Made by a program: the position numbers and the translations under genes. The notes under the pieces were generated by a model, which had not been told where the DNA came from, did not search any database, and saw only the letters and a program-made list of their open reading frames with translations. From Candidatus Iainarchaeum sp. (lineage in GTDB: Archaea > Micrarchaeota > Micrarchaeia > Anstonellales > Bilamarchaeaceae), in the NCBI GenBank assembly GCA_028714535.1, contig JAQTME010000004.1, forward strand, positions 7,319 to 71,318: DNA of 64,000 nt. The letters run 5' to 3'. Shown here piece after piece: positions 47,139-57,080 of the stretch. Every line of letters starts with the position of its first letter. Position 1 is the stretch's first letter.

Positions 47139-47918
47139 ATGAGCCTACGCCTCGCCGAGCTTATCTCATCCTCCGTTGAAAAGGCCCTTGAGGACCGGGT
47201 AGCCGTGGCCTTCTCGGGCGGCGTGGACTCGACTACCATCGCGGCCATAGCCAGGAAGCATGCCACTGTGGAATTGTTTTCCGCGGGCACCCCCGGCAGC
47301 GAGGACCTGGAATACGCCGTAAAGGTCGCCGCGTCGCTCTGCCTGCCCCTGCACCGTGTCATACTCGACCAGCAGTGCATCCTTGACGCGTACGCGCAAT
47401 GCCATGCCATGCTCCCCATGGACCTGCTGAAGCTCGAGATACTCGTGCCTGTCTACCGCGTCGCCGAGGCCGCGGCCAAGAAGGGCCACAAGGTGCTTCT
47501 TTTCGGCTCAGGCGCCGAAGAGCTGTTCGTCGGCTATGAACGCTACTACGCGTACAGGGAAGAGGGCAAGGACCTCGACGCGCTGCTCAGGGACGAGTTC
47601 AGGACCCTGCCCCAGCGCGACATCGGCTGGGTGAAGAAGGTCTGCCGGAAGTTCGGCATCGAGGCGCGCTTCCCGTTCTACGTGCCTGAGCTGGCCAGGT
47701 TCATGTTCTCCATACCGCTCGACGAGCGCATGGACTGCAGGGAGCTGAAGAAGGGCATCCTGCGCGAGGCGGCAAAGATGCTCGGCGCGCCGGAGCTTGC
47801 CGTCGGCAGGAAGAAGAAGGCCATGCAGTACGGCTCGGGCGTGCACAAGATAATCATGGGCAACTCGGAAGCAATCAACCGGGATTTTGCTGTTTTGCAG
47901 CCTCAATCACGTTGCTGA
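47139..47918 (+). CDS. Asparagine synthase C-terminal (PP-loop) domain protein
   Basis: VAFSGGVDS, GSGAEELFVGY, RFPF, KKKAMQYGSG; no glutaminase domain. Confidence 0.85.
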   Translation: MSLRLAELISSSVEKALEDRVAVAFSGGVDSTTIAAIARKHATVELFSAGTPGSEDLEYAVKVAASLCLPLHRVILDQQCILDAYAQCHAMLPMDLLKLEILVPVYRVAEAAAKKGHKVLLFGSGAEELFVGYERYYAYREEGKDLDALLRDEFRTLPQRDIGWVKKVCRKFGIEARFPFYVPELARFMFSIPLDERMDCRELKKGILREAAKMLGAPELAVGRKKKAMQYGSGVHKIIMGNSEAINRDFAVLQPQSRC

Positions 47919-48711
47919 TGAGCATCGCCACGGTCATCGGGCCGACGCCGCCCGGGACGGGCGTGCAGTTCGCCTTCTTTATCACGCCGTCGAAATCGAC
48001 GTCCCCGACGGTCTTTTCGCCCACCTTGTTCGTGCCCACGTCCACCACGTAAGCGCCTTCCTTCACCATGTCCGCCTTTATCAGGCCTGCGGAACCTGCC
48101 GCGGCGATTAGTATGTCCGCTTTTTTCGTATGCTCCGCGAGGTTCTTCGTCTTGGAATGGCAGATGGTGACCGTCGCGTCCTTCTGGAGGAGCATGAAGG
48201 CCAGCGGCTTGCCGACTACGTTGCCCCTGCCGACCACCACCGCTTCCGCCCCAGCCAGCTTCACGCCGTAGTGCTCAAGCAGGCGTATGATGCCCGCGGG
48301 AGTCGCAGGGAGGAAGCCAGGGGAGCCCAGGAACATCCTGCCCATGCTCGTGGGCGTCCATCCGTCCACGTCCTTCCTGGGGTCTATCGCATCTACGATT
48401 TTGGAATAGTCCATGTGCTTCGGGATTGGTGCCTGGACGATGAAGCCGTCCACGTTCTTGTCCTTGTTGAGCTTCTTGACGAGTGCGAGCAGCTCCTCCT
48501 CGGTCGCACTTTCGGGGAGCTTCTCAAGCCTGGCGAGCACGCCGGTGGACATCGCCTTCTCCATCTTCTTCCTGACGTAGATCTCTGACGCGGGGTCGTT
48601 CCCGACCAGGACGATGGCGAGGGACGGCTTGCGCTTCATGCCGGCGACGGCGGCCTTGGCCGTCTCGAGCAGCGCGGCTGCCGGTTCCCTTCCCGAGAGA
48701 ACTTTATACAT
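47875..48711 (-). CDS. folD: Methylenetetrahydrofolate dehydrogenase/cyclohydrolase
   Basis: SEIYVRKK, KDVDG, PATPAG, VGKP, TPVPGGVGPMT; start reassigned to ATG 48711. Confidence 0.95.
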   Translation of the reverse strand: MYKVLSGREPAAALLETAKAAVAGMKRKPSLAIVLVGNDPASEIYVRKKMEKAMSTGVLARLEKLPESATEEELLALVKKLNKDKNVDGFIVQAPIPKHMDYSKIVDAIDPRKDVDGWTPTSMGRMFLGSPGFLPATPAGIIRLLEHYGVKLAGAEAVVVGRGNVVGKPLAFMLLQKDATVTICHSKTKNLAEHTKKADILIAAAGSAGLIKADMVKEGAYVVDVGTNKVGEKTVGDVDFDGVIKKANCTPVPGGVGPMTVAMLISNVIEAAKQQNPG

Positions 48712-48773
48712 AAGGAACCTCTGGTGGATTGCTAATATATTCCTATCTCCGTTTCGTCTAAACGAGAATAAAA

Positions 48774-48945
48774 TGGGCCTGCGGAGATTAGTTCGAACCT
48801 TTTGAGATTCAGTTTTTGGTGCAGCTTTTCCCAAAAAGGTGCATTGAACTCCGGACCTACGGCTTTCCTAGGTCGCCAGTCGTACAGACTGTATTAGAAC
48901 GTGTCATATAAGACCGTCGCTCTAACCGAGCTGAGCTACAGGCCC
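48774..48945 (-). tRNA. tRNA-Ile(TAT) with two introns (37/38: 48906-48865; 58/59: 48843-48789)
   Basis: GGGCCTG/CAGGCCC acceptor; ACGGT-CTTATA..A-GCCGT; BHB CUUA/UAGG and GUUC/GAAC with 3-nt bulges. Confidence 0.9.
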
Positions 48946-49009
48946 ATCATCTCTGAATAAGCCGATAAACGTTTTTAAAAGGAATGCCGAAGGCCGTTTC
49001 AGCGGGCCC

Positions 49010-50050
49010 TCACGTCTTTATTTTGTGGCGGTATTTGATGTACGTCGCGTAATCTATGTACTTCTTCTTGCCGACGTAGTCCAGGGTCCTCGGCGCCTTC
49101 TTCCGCGCCGCGTCTATCCTGTCCGTTACGCTGATGGCGAACGAGTCGCTGCCAGCCCCGGAGCCGAATGAAGTGACCAGTATCTTCTGCCCTGCCTTCG
49201 CCTCGTCAAGGACCGCTGTAAGCCCAAGCGGCGAAGCGCCTGAATAGGTGTTGCCCACCATCGGAGTCAATAGCCCGACCTTCAATTTCTCCAACGGCAC
49301 GCCCAGCTGCTTCCCTGCCTCAAGCGGGAACTTGCCGTTCGGCTGGTGGAACACCACGTAATCATAATCAGCTATCTTCGTGCCGGTCTTCTCCAGCAGC
49401 CCCTTCGTGGCGCTCAGGACGTGCTTGAAATACGCCGGCTTTCCTGTGAACCTGCCGCCGTGCGTCGGGTAGTCAGCCAGCTGCCGCCTCCAGAAGTCAG
49501 GCGTATCAGTAGTGAAGGAAAATGTCGCCTCGACGATGGCGAGCGACTCCTTCTCAGGGCCTGCGATGAACGCGGCGCCGCCTGACGCTGCCGAGTATTC
49601 AAGCGCATCGCCCGGCCTGCCCTGCGCGGTATCAGCGCCGATGGCCATGCCGTAGGGAATCATCTTCGCGTCGACCATGGCAAGGACTATCTGCAGCCCT
49701 GCGGTCCCTGCCTTGCAGGCGAACTCCAAATCAGCCGCAGTAAGATTGGGCGTGGCGCCGAGCGCCTCTGCGACCATGGTCGCGGTCGGCTTCACCGCGT
49801 AGGGGTGCGATTCGCTCCCCACGTAGAGCGCGCCGAGCTTCTGCGGGTCCAATCCCGCGCGCGCGAGCGCGTTCCTGCCTGCCTCCACCGCGATGGTTGT
49901 GGTGTCCTCGTCTATGCCGCCCACCGCCTTCTCTATGATGCCCAGGCCGCTTTCTATGCGGTCCGTGTCCTCGCCCCATACCTTGGCGATGTCCTCGGTC
50001 TTGATCCTGTAAATCGGAACGTAAGCTCCATAACCGACTATTCCTGCCAT
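49010..50050 (-). CDS. Hydroxymethylglutaryl-CoA synthase (archaeal)
   Basis: [41 protein letters not shown]. Confidence 0.95.
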   Translation of the reverse strand: MAGIVGYGAYVPIYRIKTEDIAKVWGEDTDRIESGLGIIEKAVGGIDEDTTTIAVEAGRNALARAGLDPQKLGALYVGSESHPYAVKPTATMVAEALGATPNLTAADLEFACKAGTAGLQIVLAMVDAKMIPYGMAIGADTAQGRPGDALEYSAASGGAAFIAGPEKESLAIVEATFSFTTDTPDFWRRQLADYPTHGGRFTGKPAYFKHVLSATKGLLEKTGTKIADYDYVVFHQPNGKFPLEAGKQLGVPLEKLKVGLLTPMVGNTYSGASPLGLTAVLDEAKAGQKILVTSFGSGAGSDSFAISVTDRIDAARKKAPRTLDYVGKKKYIDYATYIKYRHKIKT

Positions 50051-50158
50051 AGTAATCACAAACCAACGTTTCTGACAGAGCCACAGGACCCACCGCTTCG
50101 CGGTTCCCCCGTGGCAGCCTGCAAGGTTCCTCTTAGGCAGAGGCCTTTCTCCTGCCCT

Positions 50159-50884
50159 CTACTTCTTCTTTTTTCTTTTTAAAGGTGGCGCAGTTTCCTC
50201 GCTTTTACGGCTACTGACGAAGAACGAGTAGGCAAGCCATGCCAGGACCGCAACCCCTATTATCGCCACGATGGCCCCTGCGTTCAGCTCGCTGCTCTTT
50301 ATCACGATGGGCTGCCTTGCGGCAAGCACGTCCACCAGGTTGAACTTCACCACGTTTCCGTTAATCACGCCGGTGACGTTGCCTGCGGACGCCGCAGTCG
50401 GAGTCATCTGCATGTTCACGGTATAGTCAAGGTTCACCTTGAGCAGCCTGAGCGCTGCCACGCTCTCGCTGTTGTCAGCCGAGAGGTCCAGCGGCGGCGA
50501 CGGAGCGCCTCCGGACGACACATTGGCCCCGGCGAGCACCCTGTCCAGGTCGGCTGCGAAAACGTCGTTGGGGACCTGGCTTATCACGAGCGTGTAGGTT
50601 ATGAACGGAAAGCCGTCCTCCTTCACGAACGTGTAATATCCTGAGTTGGGCGTGAAACGCTCGGTAATCGTCATCTTCTGGCCGTCGAGCGAGCACTGCA
50701 CGCTGGACATCATTTCGCACGCCTGGGCTACGGCGGGCATGGATACAACGCCCGAAAAGACCGAGAGGTCCTGCGTCTTGACTATCACTGAGCTGCCGTC
50801 GGACGCAACCGTCTGCACGTAGCTCTGGTCGAACGCCCCGCTCGCCAGGGCGGCGAGCACCAGGAAGACGATGATGTTTCTCAT
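50159..50884 (-). CDS. Secreted, C-terminally anchored hypothetical protein
   Basis: Signal peptide; C-terminal TM helix followed by basic tail. Confidence 0.7.
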   Translation of the reverse strand: MRNIIVFLVLAALASGAFDQSYVQTVASDGSSVIVKTQDLSVFSGVVSMPAVAQACEMMSSVQCSLDGQKMTITERFTPNSGYYTFVKEDGFPFITYTLVISQVPNDVFAADLDRVLAGANVSSGGAPSPPLDLSADNSESVAALRLLKVNLDYTVNMQMTPTAASAGNVTGVINGNVVKFNLVDVLAARQPIVIKSSELNAGAIVAIIGVAVLAWLAYSFFVSSRKSEETAPPLKRKKKK

Positions 50885-50926
50885 GGCAATGCCTACTCAG
50901 AAAGGGAATAAAAACCCGCTTTTTCA

Positions 50927-52423
50927 TCAGACGCCGGAAAAAATGAGATGCATCGTGGCCTTGGCTTCCCGTATCTGCCTGGCGCTCAGCTGCATGGTCT
51001 TCTTGCCGTCAGGCGCGTCCACGATGTCCGGTCCATTCTCTATGTCGTAAATCCTTTCAGGGAGCTTCGCCTGCTTCTGCATGCCCAGGGGTATCGGAGG
51101 CATGACGCCAGTGGCTTTCTTCACGATTTTAGGGAACTTGCCCGGGTCCGCGGTCTCGTATATGACCGACAGTATCCTTGAGTTCTCCAGCGTCGCTCCG
51201 GTGATGGCGAGCGACCTCTCAAGGGCCATGTAGCCGACTGCGCCGTGCGGGTCGAGCAGCACCTTGTATTTTTGATATGCCTCTGCCATGGCAGGGTAAT
51301 GCTCCGGCTTGGTCACGGATACGGCAGTGATGTCCATGTTCATCAGCTCTAGGTCCGGCGCGACATCAATCACGCCCTTCTGCACCTTGCCGCCCTCCAC
51401 CCTGTCGAACATGTGCCCGCCGTAGAAGTGCACGAGCCGGGCGAGATTGTTGGGGTGGCCGACGTCCATGGCCGACGACGGGTTTTCCACTCCGTCGCGC
51501 GCCTCGTACGTGCCGGTCTGGAGGTAGTCCAGGAATCCCCGGTTCCCGTTCAGCGCGCAGATGATGTCAAGCACCGGCAGCCCCATCTCCTTCGCAAGGA
51601 TGGTGCCCATCATGTCGCCGAAGTTGCCTGACGGTATGGACGCGACGAACGGCTCCGTGCCGTTCGCAATCCTTGAATAGGCGTAGAACGGGTAGACCGC
51701 CTGCGGGAGCAGCCTGCCAAGGCTTATGGAGTTCGCCGAGCCGAAACGCTCGGGGTCGTCCGAAAGCAACTGTGCGAATCTCCTGTCGTTGAGCAGGCAT
51801 TTCACGATGTCCTGGCAGTTGTCGAAGTTGCCGTTGACCGCCACAGCATGGACGTTGCGCCAGAGCGTGGTCATCTGCCTCCTCTGGCCCTCCCTTATTT
51901 TGCCTTTGGGGTAGAAAATCACCACATCTACGTTCTCAAGCCCTTGGAGCGAGTGTCCCAGCGCGCCGCCGGTGTCGCCGCTGGTCGCTATCAGTATTGT
52001 CTTTCTCCTGCCACTGATGCCCAGGAAATGGTCGAGCACCACGCCGTAGAACCTGCCTGCGTAGTCCTTGAAGGAGTAGGTCGGGCCCTTTGTCAGCCAC
52101 AGTATGTGCGCCCTGCCTGCCAGATGCTGCATCTCCACGCTTATTATCCCGGGGTCGTAGGCCTTTTCCATGAGCTTCGCGAGCGTGGCCGGCTCTATCT
52201 CGTCCTTCAGGTACGGGGTGAGCACTGCGGTGGCGATTTGCGCATAGTTCATGCTCTTCATTTCCCCTATCTGGCTGGGCGACAGCTTCGGGACGTCCTG
52301 CCTGTCTATCATGTAGAGGCCGTAATTCGGCGCCTGGCCGTCCATGAGCGCCTTCTGGAAAGTGACCTTCAGGTTCCTGTCGTTCGTGCTGTGGAAAAGC
52401 ATCTGCTTCTGGAGAGTCTTCAT
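50927..52423 (-). CDS. thrC: Threonine synthase (long, bacterial-like form)
   Basis: GPTYSFKD PLP lysine, ATSGDTG, GNFDNCQ, SANSIS.GRLLPQ, PSGNFG, DPHGA. Confidence 0.9.
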   Translation of the reverse strand: MKTLQKQMLFHSTNDRNLKVTFQKALMDGQAPNYGLYMIDRQDVPKLSPSQIGEMKSMNYAQIATAVLTPYLKDEIEPATLAKLMEKAYDPGIISVEMQHLAGRAHILWLTKGPTYSFKDYAGRFYGVVLDHFLGISGRRKTILIATSGDTGGALGHSLQGLENVDVVIFYPKGKIREGQRRQMTTLWRNVHAVAVNGNFDNCQDIVKCLLNDRRFAQLLSDDPERFGSANSISLGRLLPQAVYPFYAYSRIANGTEPFVASIPSGNFGDMMGTILAKEMGLPVLDIICALNGNRGFLDYLQTGTYEARDGVENPSSAMDVGHPNNLARLVHFYGGHMFDRVEGGKVQKGVIDVAPDLELMNMDITAVSVTKPEHYPAMAEAYQKYKVLLDPHGAVGYMALERSLAITGATLENSRILSVIYETADPGKFPKIVKKATGVMPPIPLGMQKQAKLPERIYDIENGPDIVDAPDGKKTMQLSARQIREAKATMHLIFSGV

Positions 52424-52468
52424 GCAGACTGATATCCTGCGAAGTGTTTAAAAATGCGATTTTGAGTT

Positions 52469-53386
52469 TTACCTTCGCGCAAGATAGTCTGCGGCCATGG
52501 CCCTGATGCCGTCCTCAAGGCGCCTGGGCGAGAACCCGAGCTCTTTCCTCGCCTTCGAGCAGTCGAAAGCGCGGTCAAAGGCGAGCACGCTGATGTGCTC
52601 GCCGGTGAAGGATGGCTTTTTCCCGCCCAGATGATAGGCGAATTCGCGGAATGATGCGAGCATGAGCGCCATGAACGTGGGAATGGTCCCTGCCGGCGCA
52701 GGGACGCGGAGCTCCCTTGCGGCGATGGCGTATATCTCCTTTTGCGTCAGCGGCTCGCCTGCGATGACATAGGTCCCCCTGCCGTGCGTCATCGCCGATG
52801 CCACCGCATCGGCAGCGTCTACGACGTGCACGAACGGTATGCGGTTGCTGCCATTTCCTATGATGCGCATGCCGCCCTTCTCAATCATGCCGAGCACGCG
52901 GTAGTAGTCCTGGAACTGCGGGCCGTAGAGCGTGCCTATGCGCAGTATCACGTGGTTCTGGTGCGCGGCAACTATTTTTTCAGCGTCGTATTTGGAGCGT
53001 GCATATGCAGAGTCAGGGCGTGTCTCTGTCCTCTCGCTTGCGGGGATTTCAGCCAGTTTTTTCCCATAGACCGAGACCGAGCTGGAGAACACGATGCGGC
53101 ACGCCTTGGGCAGTGCATCCACGATGCGCCTGGTCAGCTCGACGTTGGCTTCCTGCATCCTGCCCGCTTCCGTCGTGTCTACGGAGCCTGCGATGTGGAT
53201 GACGCACGCAGCGTCACGGAATATGCGCTTCAGCTGTTCGGAAGAGAAGTCGGTTATTATCTCGTTCTTCAGGCCTGACGGCTTCCTGACCAGCGGTATC
53301 GCCCCGGTTTCGGCAAGGACCGTGCCCCCGAGCCTGCCGGTCGCGCCGGTGATATAAGCCCTAGTGAGCGGCATATTTCCTACCAA
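52469..53386 (-). CDS. NAD-dependent epimerase/dehydratase
   Basis: ITGATGRLG, SSVSVYG, YARSK. Confidence 0.88.
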   Translation of the reverse strand: MVGNMPLTRAYITGATGRLGGTVLAETGAIPLVRKPSGLKNEIITDFSSEQLKRIFRDAACVIHIAGSVDTTEAGRMQEANVELTRRIVDALPKACRIVFSSSVSVYGKKLAEIPASERTETRPDSAYARSKYDAEKIVAAHQNHVILRIGTLYGPQFQDYYRVLGMIEKGGMRIIGNGSNRIPFVHVVDAADAVASAMTHGRGTYVIAGEPLTQKEIYAIAARELRVPAPAGTIPTFMALMLASFREFAYHLGGKKPSFTGEHISVLAFDRAFDCSKARKELGFSPRRLEDGIRAMAADYLARR

Positions 53387-54971
53387 TCTCCTCCAGTTTC
53401 CTGTCGATGCGCTTCTCTGCCTCCAGCCGCCCGAGCGAGTATTCCTTCATGTCCATGAATTTCATGCCTGAGGCGAGCAGCGGATGGACATTCCCAATCT
53501 GGCTGAACATCTCCTGGGCCATGCGCCTGTAGTCTATGTGGCCCTGCATCGCGCTGCGCAATTCGAGCAGGTGGTACGCCTCGCGCAGGTTGAACGTCAT
53601 GTGCCACCTGATATTATAGGCAAGAGGCACCACGTATTGCGCCTCCTTCGGATGTTCGGATGCGATCTCGTCGTAGGCGTCCGCAGCGAACGCCATGGCA
53701 TCGCGGAACTCCCTTTCGCATCCCGCCTCTGCCACCTCCGGCGGCATCTTGTAGCCCAGGTATGGCGTCAGCAATTGCCGCTGCTGCGTGAGCACCCTGT
53801 GCCTGTGCATGTCCCTGTACGCGCCGTAGTTGCCGCATATCTCGAACGTGTAGTATGCCTGCTCGAACGCGCGGCCTGGCTTCTGCCTGCGGTTCTCGCG
53901 CTCGTTGATATATGCCTTGATGACCGTTTCCTTCTCCTCGCGGCTCATCTTTCCCACAATCGCCTCAATCTCCTTCATGGGCTTGAGCAGGTACGGGTAG
54001 AGCGCTGCCGTGATTATCTTCTTTTCCGCATCCCTGTCATAATCGACTAAAACCACTGATTCGGTGCCGCTGGCCCCTGCGTATTTCGCGGCCAGCTTCT
54101 CCATCTGCCCGCGCACGCGCCTGTAGAATCCCTGCATCGCCACGCCGTTCTTGTCATTAGCGCGCTTCACGAACGAGGGGATGTGCGTCGCGAGCTCTGC
54201 CTGCATCATGCCTGCGAGCTCGCGCATCTCCACCAAATCGTCAGCGTACATTTTCGTGAGAAGGTACTCGTATGCGCGCCCGTCGCCGAAGAACCCCATG
54301 TTCGTGAGCGTTGCCGCGGGCAATAATCCGCGCAGCAGGTCGCAGGTCTTCGCGCGCACGCTTGCGGCATAGGCGCGGTCCGAAGCCTGTGCGTCCTTCG
54401 GCTGCTTTTCCATTACGAATTTTGATACCCGCGGTATCAGGTCGGCGTAGGTCTGGAAGCACTTGTCGCACGCCTTCGTGTATAGCGGCGCGAATTCCGA
54501 CGCCATCAGCGTCTTCTCGCGCAGGTACGGCCATGTGCCGTCCGGGCGCTTCACGTCGAAATAGACGTAGCGCGTGGATTTCTCGAGCGGGGAGAGCCCG
54601 ATGCGCGCGTCCTCGAGCGCCTTGGTCGCGATTATCGATATTTCCTCGATGGCGATGTGCGCGCCCGCGAGCTCCGCGACGCTGTCGTCGCCATAGCCCA
54701 CCAGGACGCGGTCGTAGAACTCCTCTGCCTTCCTGGTCTGGACGACGCTGCCTGCGGGCGTCGCGTCGCCGAGCATCTCCTTCATGCCCAGCTCCGGGGA
54801 CAGCATGAACTCGTCGAGCAGCACGCGCCGCAGGCTCTTCGGGCTGCGGCTGTAGCGCGAGAAAAGCGCGCCCTTCACGACCTCGGGCAGGTTGGTCAGC
54901 ACGAACACCGGCCTGTCAAGGTTGCTCACGTAGGGCTGGAGCAGCTTCCGCTCCTCTTCTGTGAATTCCAT
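53361..54971 (-). CDS. thyX: FAD-dependent thymidylate synthase, long two-domain form
   Basis: ALFSRYSRS, YGDDSVAEL, EKSTRYV, RDMHRHR. Confidence 0.85.
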   Translation of the reverse strand: MEFTEEERKLLQPYVSNLDRPVFVLTNLPEVVKGALFSRYSRSPKSLRRVLLDEFMLSPELGMKEMLGDATPAGSVVQTRKAEEFYDRVLVGYGDDSVAELAGAHIAIEEISIIATKALEDARIGLSPLEKSTRYVYFDVKRPDGTWPYLREKTLMASEFAPLYTKACDKCFQTYADLIPRVSKFVMEKQPKDAQASDRAYAASVRAKTCDLLRGLLPAATLTNMGFFGDGRAYEYLLTKMYADDLVEMRELAGMMQAELATHIPSFVKRANDKNGVAMQGFYRRVRGQMEKLAAKYAGASGTESVVLVDYDRDAEKKIITAALYPYLLKPMKEIEAIVGKMSREEKETVIKAYINERENRRQKPGRAFEQAYYTFEICGNYGAYRDMHRHRVLTQQRQLLTPYLGYKMPPEVAEAGCEREFRDAMAFAADAYDEIASEHPKEAQYVVPLAYNIRWHMTFNLREAYHLLELRSAMQGHIDYRRMAQEMFSQIGNVHPLLASGMKFMDMKEYSLGRLEAEKRIDRKLEEIGRKYAAH

Positions 54972-54975
54972 CCGA

Positions 54976-56199
54976 TTACCCGAGAAGCGCCTTGAGCGCG
55001 CCGACGAGCTGCGGCCTGCCCGCGACGATCTTCGCGACCACGGCCGCGAACCTGCCGTCCATGACGTCCTTCAGGTCGTTGTCGTTCAGCACGCCGAATA
55101 TGTGGTTCATGTCGTCGTCGCCGAGGTTCTCCATGACCTTGCGCAGGGCCAGCTTCTTCTCAAGGTCCTTGCCCAGGCCCGCGCGCCACGGAACCTCGTA
55201 GCTCTTGTACAGGAAGTCGCGCGAGAGGTCCTTCTTCTTCAGCGCCTCGACCGCTGCGTTGCCCGCGAGGATGCCTGTTTCCATCGCTATCGCGATGCCG
55301 CCGCCGTGTATCGGGTCCACCTGCTTCGCGGCGGTGCCGATGACCATGCAGTTGTCCTTCACGAACTCGCTTATCGGCGCGCCCACTGATATCACGCCGC
55401 CGAAATCCAGCAGCGTGCTCGCATCCCTCAGCTGGCTGTTCCCTTCTATGTAGCTCTCAAGCAGCGCCTTCGGGTCCGCGCCCTTCATGCCGTTCTTCTC
55501 GCCGTTGGTCACGTTGCCGCCTATGCCGATGCCCACGTTCGCCTTCCTGTCGGCCTTGGGGAATATCCAGACGTAGCCGCGCGGCGCTATCTTGTTGCCG
55601 AAATACAGTTCAATCAGGTTCTCGTGGTCGTACGGCTTCATCTCGTACTGGTAGCATGTGTCGACGTCGTAGAGCTGGTGCACGGTCTTGAAGCCCATCT
55701 GGCGGGCCATCATGGACTCCATGCCCTCGGCCGATACTATGAGCGGCGCGCGCACCTCGTACGGCTCGCGCCCGCCATGGGCTATCTTAAGCCCGTTCGG
55801 CTTTCCCTTCGCGTCCTTCAATACCTCGGTGGCGCGGGTGTAAGTGTGGACCTTCGCGCCCTTGGCGACAGCCAGCTCCGCGAGCCACTTGTCGAAGCAT
55901 TTGCGCTCGAGCACCCAGCCGCGGGTGTCCTTGTTCTTCCAGGTTATGGACTTGCCGTTCGGCGCAATCACCTTTGCGCCGAGCACGGGCGTGGAATAGC
56001 ACTGGCGGGGCAGGTCCAATCCCTTCTTTATCACTTCCCCCTCGCCCAGGCCCTCGCCGCAGCGCACAGGGACGCCGATTTCCCTGCGCTTGTCTATGAC
56101 GAGCACGTCGAGGCCCGCCCCCGCGGCGATGCGCGCGAACGTGGAGCCCGCCGGCCCGCCCCCTATGACTATGGCGTCGTGGTCGTATTCCATAAACAT
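54976..56199 (-). CDS. Digeranylgeranylglycerophospholipid (geranylgeranyl) reductase
   Basis: IGGGPAGS, IGVPVRCGEG, APRGYVWIFPK, VDPIHGGGI; start 56199 or 56193. Confidence 0.9.
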   Translation of the reverse strand: MFMEYDHDAIVIGGGPAGSTFARIAAGAGLDVLVIDKRREIGVPVRCGEGLGEGEVIKKGLDLPRQCYSTPVLGAKVIAPNGKSITWKNKDTRGWVLERKCFDKWLAELAVAKGAKVHTYTRATEVLKDAKGKPNGLKIAHGGREPYEVRAPLIVSAEGMESMMARQMGFKTVHQLYDVDTCYQYEMKPYDHENLIELYFGNKIAPRGYVWIFPKADRKANVGIGIGGNVTNGEKNGMKGADPKALLESYIEGNSQLRDASTLLDFGGVISVGAPISEFVKDNCMVIGTAAKQVDPIHGGGIAIAMETGILAGNAAVEALKKKDLSRDFLYKSYEVPWRAGLGKDLEKKLALRKVMENLGDDDMNHIFGVLNDNDLKDVMDGRFAAVVAKIVAGRPQLVGALKALLG

Positions 56200-56408
56200 T
56201 ACCTCTTTGCCGGAAGGTCCTTGGGGTCCTTCACGCCCTTGTAGAGCCGTATCACGTTGGCCGGGCACGCCCTCACGCATATGCCGCAGTCTATGCACTT
56301 CTCCGGGAAGTGCTGCATCCGCGTCCCGATTACCTCTATGGCGTTCACCGGGCACACCGAAGAGCACCCGACGCACAGTATGCATCCTTCGTGCTTTATC
56401 GTTATCAT
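56199..56408 (-). CDS. 2[4Fe-4S] ferredoxin
   Basis: Two CxxCxxCxxxCP motifs; directly upstream of the reductase. Confidence 0.9.
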   Translation of the reverse strand: MITIKHEGCILCVGCSSVCPVNAIEVIGTRMQHFPEKCIDCGICVRACPANVIRLYKGVKDPKDLPAKR

Positions 56409-56448
56409 AGTCTCTCCCTTCCGAAATATCAAGGCGAAACGTTTTTGT

Positions 56449-56976
56449 CTATGCCTGTTTCCTCTCTTTAAGCATTTCCACGAGCGCCTCCCCGAATTCG
56501 CCGGCGCTGTGCGGCCCGTCGGCCGTGAGTATGTGGCCGTCCTGCACCACGGGCTTCTTCCAGTATGCGGCCCCGGCGTTCCTCAGCGCCTGTATGGCAG
56601 GCATGTCCGGGAAGACCGTGGCGTTCCTCTCCCTGAGCACGCCGGCCTTGGCGAGCGTTAGCGGCCCGAGGCATATGGCCGCGACAATCCGCTCCATCTC
56701 GCTGGCCCTGGAGACCAGCTCGCGGACGTCCTTGTTTTCCGCAAGCGCAGCCGCGCCTGGCCCGCCGACTATCACTATGCAGTCGAAGAACCCGGGATTC
56801 GCCTCGTAAGCCGCCATGTGCGGCTGTATGGTAAGCCCCTTCATCCCGGTGGCCTTGGCCCTGGTGATGCTTGCTATCTTGACGTTGTGGCCCGCCTTCT
56901 CCAGTATCTCCTTCGGCACGAGGAACTCCTCGTCCCGGAAGCCGTTCTGGGCGACGACCATGAGCACGTTTGCCAT
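56449..56976 (-). CDS. DJ-1/PfpI family protein
   Basis: GFRDEEF, VGGPG, AAICLGP, ILTADGP. Confidence 0.9.
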   Translation of the reverse strand: MANVLMVVAQNGFRDEEFLVPKEILEKAGHNVKIASITRAKATGMKGLTIQPHMAAYEANPGFFDCIVIVGGPGAAALAENKDVRELVSRASEMERIVAAICLGPLTLAKAGVLRERNATVFPDMPAIQALRNAGAAYWKKPVVQDGHILTADGPHSAGEFGEALVEMLKERKQA

Positions 56977-57080
56977 GCCAGGGCTTCGTATCGAACATTT
57001 TTTTACCTATCGTCTCCTGCCGAAGGGGGGCTACGTCGCCTTTATTTACCTTGCCTTTTCAGTATCCTCGGTGATGGTTA

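Noticed and set aside
47875-47918. 44-bp convergent overlap of the asparagine-synthase-like gene and folD
   Set aside because: Short 3' overlaps are common in compact genomes
48712-48834. N-terminal extension of folD
   Set aside because: Overlaps tRNA-Ile; the FolD domain begins at 48711
56200-56385. Fusion or extension of geranylgeranyl reductase
   Set aside because: Off-frame reading of the ferredoxin gene
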